Positions 25,008 through 32,000 of a stretch of DNA of 32,000 nucleotides are shown here, piece by piece. Source of the stretch: Candidatus Lokiarchaeum ossiferum (lineage in GTDB: Archaea; Asgardarchaeota; Lokiarchaeia; Sigyniarchaeales; Promethearchaeaceae); NCBI GenBank assembly GCA_025839675.1, contig CP104013.1, positions 5,850,001-5,882,000 of the forward strand, given 5' to 3'. Each line of letters begins with the position of its first letter. Position 1 is the first letter of the stretch. The translations under genes and the position numbers were made by a program. Below the pieces are notes generated by a model. The model had not been told where the DNA came from. It saw only the letters and a program-made list of their open reading frames with translations, and made no database searches.

Positions 25008-25424
25008 ATGAAATCCTACAGAAAAGAACTTTGGTTTAATGTACCTTCGAGAAGAGGTTTTATCAATATTACTCCTAATATTGAAACATGCCTAAAAGAG
25101 AGTGGAATTGAGGAAGGTATGGTATTAGTTAATGCAATGCATATCACAGCCTCTGTTTTTATCAATGATGATGAATCTGGCCTTCATCATGATTATGAAG
25201 TTTGGTTAGAGAAGCTTGCACCACATGAGCCGGTTTCTTCCTATCAACATAATTACGGCGAAGATAATGCTGATGCTCATATGAAGAGACAGATCATGGG
25301 AAGGGGTGTGGTTGTGGCAATCACAAAAGGAGTACTTGATTTTGGACCTTGGGAACAGATATTCTATGGGGAATTTGATGGCCGCAGAAATAAACGTGTG
25401 TTAGTTAAAATAATTGGAGAGTAA
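25008..25424 (+). CDS. yjbQ: YjbQ/UPF0047 family protein (secondary thiamine-phosphate synthase-type)
   Basis: Family-typical length (138 aa) and motifs: [29 protein letters not shown] and [12 protein letters not shown]. Confidence 0.85.
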   Translation: MKSYRKELWFNVPSRRGFINITPNIETCLKESGIEEGMVLVNAMHITASVFINDDESGLHHDYEVWLEKLAPHEPVSSYQHNYGEDNADAHMKRQIMGRGVVVAITKGVLDFGPWEQIFYGEFDGRRNKRVLVKIIGE

Positions 25425-25440
25425 ATGTTTTCATTAAAAC

Positions 25441-26523
25441 CTAATTCAAAATGATTTCTAAGATTTCTCTGGTTAAATTATATTTTTCTAATACTTCCCA
25501 CTTGGAAAATAAATAAGGTCGCAAATATTTTTGAATTATTTTCATCCATACATTTTCTCCTGCGACAGATTTAATCACTTTCTTAAAATGTTTAATTACA
25601 ATCATAAATATTGGAGTTAATACATTTGAATCTAACCCAATAGGGTTTAAGCCTAAAACTTTGGTACCTTCGGTTTGATTGAAATTAATTTTATAATTTA
25701 TTATATCAATTTGGGGTAAAAATAAGTCAATTATGCGATATCGATCAAAAATGGCTTCTGTTTTTAACCATTGCTCAATTTTCTTTTTATATCCGTGAAT
25801 ATTACGCAGAATTTCCTCATGCATAAGAGCTCCAAAATTCTCATTAATTATTTTAATAAATAAATATAATATCTCTTGAAATATTCCTAAAAGATCAAAT
25901 ATTACTCCTACATTCATCATTTCATTTGCTTTTGCCCATTGTTCTTGGAGAGTAGTAACTATATCATTAAATGAATTAAATTTTGATGTATTCCCGTCCC
26001 AATCTTCCCAAAATTCTTTGTTTATCCCAAAAGTGGTAATAAACATTTTCTGAATCACCGATAATCTTTCTTGCATGACTGTAGAATTGCATTCTTTATC
26101 GCATGCAGCAATAATTAGAAGATTTAAAGATGAATCTGGAGTATATATCCATTGTAAATCACCCATTTCAATATTATTGATCCCTTGAGGACCGATTTTT
26201 TCTTCAGAAAAAATATTTAGCGCAGAGAGTAATCCTGAAATTAATATCCCATCTAAGGGTTTATCGTCAAAAAATTCATGATAGAATAGATATTGAGATG
26301 AATCCTTCTGAATAATCCATAGATATTTCATATCTTGACTTGGATTGCATAATAAATTAGCCGGTTGGTACTTTGTAGTTTCTTTAATTCTTTTGAGTGA
26401 TTCAAACATTACTAAATAAAACAATCGAGAATGATGACTTATTGCATTGTTTTGGAAAAATTTTAGATTCTTTCGGAAAAATTTTGGATAATTTTTAGAT
26501 TCAATATATTTTTTTGAAGGCAA
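25441..26523 (-). CDS. Hypothetical protein with longin/roadblock-like domain (aa ~65-165) and helical C-terminal region
   Basis: YLWIIQKDSSQYLFYHEF, LISGLLSALNIFSEEKI (same L.SG.LSA...FS motif as the 20214 protein), LQWIYTPDSSLNLLIIAACD, MQERLSVIQKMF. Confidence 0.4.
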   Translation of the reverse strand: MPSKKYIESKNYPKFFRKNLKFFQNNAISHHSRLFYLVMFESLKRIKETTKYQPANLLCNPSQDMKYLWIIQKDSSQYLFYHEFFDDKPLDGILISGLLSALNIFSEEKIGPQGINNIEMGDLQWIYTPDSSLNLLIIAACDKECNSTVMQERLSVIQKMFITTFGINKEFWEDWDGNTSKFNSFNDIVTTLQEQWAKANEMMNVGVIFDLLGIFQEILYLFIKIINENFGALMHEEILRNIHGYKKKIEQWLKTEAIFDRYRIIDLFLPQIDIINYKINFNQTEGTKVLGLNPIGLDSNVLTPIFMIVIKHFKKVIKSVAGENVWMKIIQKYLRPYLFSKWEVLEKYNLTREILEIILN

Positions 26524-26654
26524 AATTTAATCTTAACAAAATTTATCCCGTTTTGTGAAGTATTCAATATCTGCAACGTTTATGTGAAATTCATAACATA
26601 TTTTTAATAGAGTGAATATTCAAATAGAATAAAAACCAAAGGTTATTTAATTAA

Positions 26655-27089
26655 ATGTCATCTGAATGCTTACCGATCATTGTTTTGATTGGGCTTGATA
26701 CAAAAAATTTTGAACTGATTGACTCATTTATCGGATCGAAGTATTTGCTTTATCCAGTGGATCAAGTTGATTCCATGGAATTAATTGGATTTCCTCAAAA
26801 TGTTATACTTTTTATGGTTGATACTGATAATCCCCTTATCAGGCGGGATCTTATAATTGAGAAGATAAAAACAACCGAATTCTTTGAAAATATTCCTATT
26901 ATTGGACTTTCGTTGAAACAGCATTATGCTGAAATGACTAAAGATGATAAATGGAATTTTAATGATATTCTCTTGATGCCTTGTGGAACCGAAGATATGT
27001 TAACTCGGATTGATATTTGGATAAAAACCTATGAGACGATTTGTAATGAAACTGGAGGAAAATCCTTTTCTCTGGAACCTTTAGAATAG
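26655..27089 (+). CDS. CheY-like receiver-fold protein, degenerate (pseudo-receiver)
   Basis: Alternating beta/alpha pattern of receiver size: IIVLIGLD, VILFMVDTDNP (phospho-Asp position), IPIIGLS (T/S position), DILLMPCGTEDMLTRI (the K of the KP motif is replaced by M). Confidence 0.4.
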   Translation: MSSECLPIIVLIGLDTKNFELIDSFIGSKYLLYPVDQVDSMELIGFPQNVILFMVDTDNPLIRRDLIIEKIKTTEFFENIPIIGLSLKQHYAEMTKDDKWNFNDILLMPCGTEDMLTRIDIWIKTYETICNETGGKSFSLEPLE

Positions 27090-27213
27090 TGATTTGAGTA
27101 TGAAATCTCCAAACGACTGTTATTAAGTTTTTAGCCTCATTTATCCATTGTAAAATTTCTTAGATTTTTTTTAATCCATATCCTACAAATTTGATCCCAT
27201 TTTTAAGGTTATC

Positions 27214-28797
27214 ATGGAACTTGTTGAAATGGATACAGAATTAGTCCAAGAATTCATTTCATTGTTTGAAAATGCAAACAATATTAACATTTCCACAATC
27301 ATTCAGAACCTTGGGATAAGTAGAAGTGAATTATTTGATTCATTAGTTTCATGGAGTGATTATTTTGATTTTTCAATTGAAGATGATCGAGTTTATGTAA
27401 AGAATTTATCATCTCTTATTCAAGCAAAGGAAAATGTTCTGAATAACTCAGTAAAAAATGCGTTACCGATTCATGAAATCTTTGAAGGTGCTCTTCTATA
27501 CCAAAATGTACCCCTTTATTCCAAAGAAACTCAATTCTTACAAATATTAGAACAATTAATTCAGACTCCTATCCTAGAATCAAGTCAAAATAATTTCTTG
27601 AATGGTTTTTATGCAGAAGGTGGTCATATCCTAAAGTTAGGGTTAAATCATCAATTTCTATCCCAATTACCAGAAAGTATCTCTGATCTTCAATATTTAA
27701 CTGAATTAAAGCTTGACAATCTCCAACTGAAGTTTCTTCCCGATTCTTTGGTCCATTTGTCCCACTTAACTCATCTTTCATTAACGAATAATTTTCTAAG
27801 AAGCCTTCCCAAAAATTTTGGGGATTTAACACAGCTTTCCAGTCTTTTATTAGATGATAATAATCTGGAATCTTTACCTTACTCCTTGATTCACTGCTCA
27901 AGTTTAAAAAATCTTTCTATCACTCGAAATAATATAAATCTTAAGGAATCTTTTGAAATTCTGCGAAAATTGAAACAAGATGGGTGTTTAATTGATCAGA
28001 AACAAGCTTTTAGATGGTCCGAAGTGGGTTATGAAGGTATTATTTGTAATTCCGGGTTAAAGCAAGATGATTTTGTAAATACAATTTTTCATCTTGATTC
28101 GATGCTTTCTTTTGAAGAACTTTGTGCTCAAATGGTTCTAGTGGAAAAAGAAGATAAGAGATTTGTAAAACCCGATGATTTCGATAGGTGGGACATTAAA
28201 GAACGTTCAATTGTTAAAAATATGGTTGATCCTGATGAAGATTATAGTTGGGCTCTATTCTATAATGATATTCCTCTTGTTAAGGATGAATATGACATTA
28301 TGAAATATCTTGAAGAATTGCTTGGTCTGCCCATTCCACCTGTTTCTTCAGTAGAGATGAAATTTGGATTTATTGCTGAAGAAGGACACGTTGTTGAATT
28401 AGGTCTTTATTATCTGAATTTAATCACCGTCCCTGAAGCTATAGTCTTATTGACCTCACTAAGGCATTTATTTTTGGGAAATAATCGTTTTTCATCAATT
28501 CCCTACTGGATTGGATGTCTAACTTCTTTGGAAATCTTAAATTTCCAACAAAATCACATTTTTTCAATACCAGATCTTTTTAGCAGTTTGACCAAACTAA
28601 CAAAATTGGATTTAAGTCATAACAGAATCCTCTCTCTTCCCAAATCTATGGAAAAACTAACCAATTTGAGATATTTGAACATTGAAGACAATCAATTAAA
28701 TTTAACAAAAAGTAAGGAAGCCCTTCAGAAAATTAAGCATAATGGGTGTTCAATTGATAGTATTAAGGCATTTAGAATGCGGGAAATAAGGAAATAA
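27214..28797 (+). CDS. Leucine-rich repeat protein with N-terminal wHTH-like domain and two tandem copies of a leader + LRR + cap module
   Basis: LRRs such as LPESISDLQYLTELKLDNLQLKFLPDSLVHLSHLTHLSLTNNFLRSLPKNFGDLTQLSSLLLDDNNLESLP, plus a second block VPEAIVLLTSLRHLFLGNNRFSSIPYWIGCLTSLEILNFQQNHIFSIPDLFSSLTKLTKLDLSHNRILSLP. Confidence 0.8.
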   Translation: MELVEMDTELVQEFISLFENANNINISTIIQNLGISRSELFDSLVSWSDYFDFSIEDDRVYVKNLSSLIQAKENVLNNSVKNALPIHEIFEGALLYQNVPLYSKETQFLQILEQLIQTPILESSQNNFLNGFYAEGGHILKLGLNHQFLSQLPESISDLQYLTELKLDNLQLKFLPDSLVHLSHLTHLSLTNNFLRSLPKNFGDLTQLSSLLLDDNNLESLPYSLIHCSSLKNLSITRNNINLKESFEILRKLKQDGCLIDQKQAFRWSEVGYEGIICNSGLKQDDFVNTIFHLDSMLSFEELCAQMVLVEKEDKRFVKPDDFDRWDIKERSIVKNMVDPDEDYSWALFYNDIPLVKDEYDIMKYLEELLGLPIPPVSSVEMKFGFIAEEGHVVELGLYYLNLITVPEAIVLLTSLRHLFLGNNRFSSIPYWIGCLTSLEILNFQQNHIFSIPDLFSSLTKLTKLDLSHNRILSLPKSMEKLTNLRYLNIEDNQLNLTKSKEALQKIKHNGCSIDSIKAFRMREIRK

Positions 28798-28872
28798 GAA
28801 TCTTTTGTTGTACTTTCACTTTCCTCTTTTCAATGATTTTTTAAAAGGTTCTGCATAATTTTTAAGGGATTT

Positions 28873-29613
28873 ATGAATAATTCACCTCGATATGCAATAC
28901 TGTCCGATATTCATGGGAATCGTTGGGCTTTAGAAGCTGTGCTAGAAGATCTTCAAAAAAGACATACATCCCAAATTATAAATCTCGGTGATTCCATTTA
29001 TGGGCCCTTAGATCCACTAGGAACTATTAAATTAATATTGAAGTGGGATATGATATCCATCGCTGGGAATCAAGATCGAATTTTGTTCGAAAATCAATAT
29101 AGTGATAATCTTAATGTTAGAATTATAAGGTCTAAAATCTCAGATATTCATTTAGATTACCTCAAATCATTACCTGCTACACTTCATTACAATGGACTGT
29201 TTCTCTGTCATGGAATTCCAAAATCTGATAATGAATATCTTTTTGAGCATATTTTACCTGATACAGTAGAAATTCGATCTTCAAATGAGCTTCAGAATAT
29301 AATTCAAGAAATATCAGCTAAATGTGTGTGTTGCGGGCATAGCCACTTACATCGAAATGTTAGATTGTCTGATGGAACCTTAATCTTAAATCCTGGGAGT
29401 GTGGGGTTACCAGCTTATGATGATGATATGCCTTATTATCATAAAATGGAAACAAAATCTCCAGATGCCCATTATTCTGTTCTATATCAAGAAAATGGAA
29501 TATGGCAAGTTGAGCATCATCAAGTATCCTATCCTTGGAAAAAAGCTGTTTTAATGGCTGAAAAAAATGATAGACCGGATTGGGCGCGATGGCTTGCCAC
29601 CGGAATGGCATGA
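28873..29613 (+). CDS. Calcineurin-like metallophosphoesterase (YfcE/MJ0936-like)
   Basis: Ordered motifs AILSDIHGN, NLGDSIYGP, GNQD, CHGIP, CCGHSHL and LNPGSVG. Confidence 0.85.
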   Translation: MNNSPRYAILSDIHGNRWALEAVLEDLQKRHTSQIINLGDSIYGPLDPLGTIKLILKWDMISIAGNQDRILFENQYSDNLNVRIIRSKISDIHLDYLKSLPATLHYNGLFLCHGIPKSDNEYLFEHILPDTVEIRSSNELQNIIQEISAKCVCCGHSHLHRNVRLSDGTLILNPGSVGLPAYDDDMPYYHKMETKSPDAHYSVLYQENGIWQVEHHQVSYPWKKAVLMAEKNDRPDWARWLATGMA

Positions 29614-29617
29614 ATTC

Positions 29618-30871
29618 TTAAAAATTATAGGAGATATTTTGAATCGAGATGTCATTGATTTTCGAGTGTGACCTTTTCAATTGACAAATTTTACTATCGG
29701 TAAAGAATTCAAACTTGAATTCTGTGCTCTCTCCTGCCTTCTTATTGGGTATTGGCATTAATCGGGCCGTTAAGGGCTTTTTTAGCCGTATGGAAATCAT
29801 CGCAAGATCTAATAATAAAAGTTCAATTGATTCTATATCTGTATCTCCAGGTATTGGAATGCAATCTAGCCCCAAACCACACATCGTGGATAGTAATACT
29901 AATTTTGAAATATCTACCTTATCTTCATTATTTCGTAAGGAAATTGTATAATCTTCTAAAAGTGGTTGCATAAATCCCGAAAACCCTATTTTTGGTCGAT
30001 TTGTAGATTGTAGTGCTTCTGTTAAGAAGCCTACTGCAAATACTGATCCTGTTTCACCAAAATGAGAAAATTGTAATTTTTCTAACACAGTTCCGATACT
30101 TTTTTCTTGGGTGGGATATGGGGCGGGGCTAAAGTCGATTCCTTCAAAAGTTATTTTATTTTCTTCACAAAATGGGGCTGCGATATTTGCAATCTGATCA
30201 TAAATTGCCTCAAATCGATTATGGATCTGTTCTTTAATTTTCGATAGTGAATATTGAGTTGGAGGATAATTTTCTAATATTTTAACCATTTCATCTGCAG
30301 CTTCCAAAGCAATTGACAGTTTAGGGGCCATTCCTTGATGATATGCTGATGGAAAAAAAGGCGTGTTTGGTTTTACATTGAAAGTTACTGCAAATTGAAC
30401 ATTCTGAAATGGATCTGGGGTTGAAAGGTGTTGAATTATTTGAGCTCCTGCTTTTACTGCTTCAAAATTGATACCTTGTTGGGTTGAAGCCACTTGTAAG
30501 CTAGAAAACATATTTGAATGGGATTTCATCAATATTGGAAGTTCATCTATTATCATTTTCTGAGAAATTGTTAAAGGTGTTGATTGATCACAAAGCCCGG
30601 GGCAAAATGAATAGATTCCTAAAAGTTCTTCTTCCACTAAAGAATCCATTTCTGTCAAAATTTCATGTCGATTTGCCAAAATTTCATCTTTGTTTACATC
30701 AGATTGTTTTGAGAATGGTTCTCCAGCAAATCTTATGTATTGAACTTCAATATTAGTTTTTTCAAAACTTTGTTTTAACGATTGGATCTTGATGAGATTC
30801 TCCTTAATTTTTTTGAGATCCTTAGATCTATCTCGAATATTTTGTCCTAACGTGATTGCCCGAATTTTCAT
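29618..30871 (-). CDS. DUF711 / UPF0210 family protein
   Basis: N-terminal KIRAITLG and C-terminal GFSGFMQPLLEDY...STMCGLGLDCIPIPGDT...ARLMPIP match the family pattern as I recall it. 417 aa. Confidence 0.65.
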   Translation of the reverse strand: MKIRAITLGQNIRDRSKDLKKIKENLIKIQSLKQSFEKTNIEVQYIRFAGEPFSKQSDVNKDEILANRHEILTEMDSLVEEELLGIYSFCPGLCDQSTPLTISQKMIIDELPILMKSHSNMFSSLQVASTQQGINFEAVKAGAQIIQHLSTPDPFQNVQFAVTFNVKPNTPFFPSAYHQGMAPKLSIALEAADEMVKILENYPPTQYSLSKIKEQIHNRFEAIYDQIANIAAPFCEENKITFEGIDFSPAPYPTQEKSIGTVLEKLQFSHFGETGSVFAVGFLTEALQSTNRPKIGFSGFMQPLLEDYTISLRNNEDKVDISKLVLLSTMCGLGLDCIPIPGDTDIESIELLLLDLAMISIRLKKPLTARLMPIPNKKAGESTEFKFEFFTDSKICQLKRSHSKINDISIQNISYNF

Positions 30872-30916
30872 GCTAAGTACTAAAGAATGGGATAAAAAAA
30901 TAAGGTTTCGAAAATC

Positions 30917-31918
30917 CTAAAGACCATGGAAGAACTTTTCAGCGGTTTTCCAATAAATATTTTCTAAGACATCCATGGGAAGATCTAGTCCGTTAATTAC
31001 GGTTTTGTTGTCATTCTCCGGATCGGGAAATGGTAATGCAAGATTTTTCACTTTTGTTTCCAATAGTGCTTGATAAGTTAAATATCGAGTGAAATAGTAT
31101 TCAGGAATTTCAATATGGCGTTGGCTACCAAAGGAAAGGTCCGTTCCCCATAAAATTCGATCACTGTATTTTTTAAAGAATGTAATTGATTCTTCTCGTT
31201 TTTGAGAAAATTCCCTCGCCATCCATCTCGCAGAACTTGCGTCTACATAATAATTTGGGTAGGTATCAAACCATCTTGCTAAATTATCAAGATGTTCAGG
31301 TTGAGCTCCAAAATGTGCACCTAATATCTTCATTTTAGGATATTTTTTCAGAACTTCTTCAAATGAATCGAGATGTTCTTTTTTTGTTCCATATTTACTT
31401 TCAGGTTGGTAAACTCTTTCGTAATAAGTGTCTGGATCACTGTTATGCACCAAGAATATTAATCCAAGTTCTTCAATTTTAGAATATATGGGATCAAAAA
31501 TCGGGTTGGAGAGTCTCAGTTTTCCTGCTTTCTTTTTAAATTCTTCGTCTACATAATCTATCCAGCGAGGTCCAAACCAAAATTTGATTATTGGATATCC
31601 TTGGTTGTAGTATTCCTGAACCATATTTGCGCTATCTTTAGCGTTACCCTTCAAAAGTGTTTTACTTCGCAAAAACCTCGCAAATATAAATCGTTCTTTG
31701 AGTTCTGGGGAAAGATTTTGAGCGATATCTTCATCTAGAATCGCCAAGGATTTTTTTATATTAAAATCTTCGACATATGTGAGATGTTCTTCTGCTAATT
31801 TTAAATCCCAAACATGAGTGTGTGCATCAAATTTTGGACCAGTATATTTTATTGCGAGATCTTTGAAATCATTTTCCATGTGCTCTTTTCCAAAGCGTTG
31901 TATCCTTTCGGTTGTCAA
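30917..31918 (-). CDS. Metal-dependent amidohydrolase (amidohydrolase_2 / TIM-barrel hydrolase)
   Basis: FDAHTHVWD (H-x-H), LVHNSD, ILGAHFG and WGTDLSF (Asp ligand) occur in the expected order. Confidence 0.75.
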   Translation of the reverse strand: MTTERIQRFGKEHMENDFKDLAIKYTGPKFDAHTHVWDLKLAEEHLTYVEDFNIKKSLAILDEDIAQNLSPELKERFIFARFLRSKTLLKGNAKDSANMVQEYYNQGYPIIKFWFGPRWIDYVDEEFKKKAGKLRLSNPIFDPIYSKIEELGLIFLVHNSDPDTYYERVYQPESKYGTKKEHLDSFEEVLKKYPKMKILGAHFGAQPEHLDNLARWFDTYPNYYVDASSARWMAREFSQKREESITFFKKYSDRILWGTDLSFGSQRHIEIPEYYFTRYLTYQALLETKVKNLALPFPDPENDNKTVINGLDLPMDVLENIYWKTAEKFFHGL

Positions 31919-32000
31919 TTTTTATTCAATTCCATTAATTTTGATAAGGTGTGAACGAAAAAATATTTTATGGTTAGGATGACTGTGATAAAAATTAAAA

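Noticed and set aside
1-32000. Search by eye for tRNA, rRNA, integrase or transposase genes, prophage or plasmid signatures, and toxin-antitoxin pairs
   Set aside because: No GC-rich cloverleaf-like segments appear in the intergenic regions and no recombinase or transposase motifs appear in any ORF. The absence is by visual inspection only; tRNAscan-SE, Infernal and HMM scans would be decisive.

Overview
Strongly AT-rich, gene-dense chromosomal segment with about 36 supportable CDS on both strands. It reads as archaeal, and most plausibly as an Asgard (Lokiarchaeia-like) genome. That assignment is an inference from gene content only: an archaeal-type EF-2 family GTPase, poly-T terminators right after stop codons, and an unusual density of eukaryote-signature-type signalling proteins. 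Those signalling proteins are a Rag/Gtr-like GTPase fused to a roadblock domain, an Arf-like small GTPase whose stop codon abuts a roadblock/longin-like + winged-helix gene, two more longin-like proteins, two LRR proteins, a HEAT-repeat protein and a degenerate receiver domain. Ordinary genes interleaved with these are: ABC exporter ATPase (partial), LigT, PyrF, one methyl-accepting chemotaxis protein, MDR oxidoreductase, a C_GCAxxG_C_C protein, isochorismatase-family hydrolase, TrxR-like flavoprotein, RlmN/Cfr-like radical SAM enzyme, flavodiiron-core (ODP-like) domain protein, YjbQ, metallophosphoesterase, DUF711/UPF0210 and an amidohydrolase. I recognised no rRNA, tRNA, CRISPR array, integrase or transposase by eye. 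The best candidates for something undescribed are three. (1) An EF-2 paralog at 21657-23948 keeps an intact G domain but has lost the diphthamide-site His and the other decoding-tip loop, carries a charged insertion, and sits in a 10-kb island of longin-like, LRR and pseudo-receiver genes. (2) The Arf-like GTPase / roadblock-wHTH gene pair at 10231-11358. (3) The Rag-like GTPase at 2160-3131. All domain calls rest on motif recognition by eye and need profile or structure searches.
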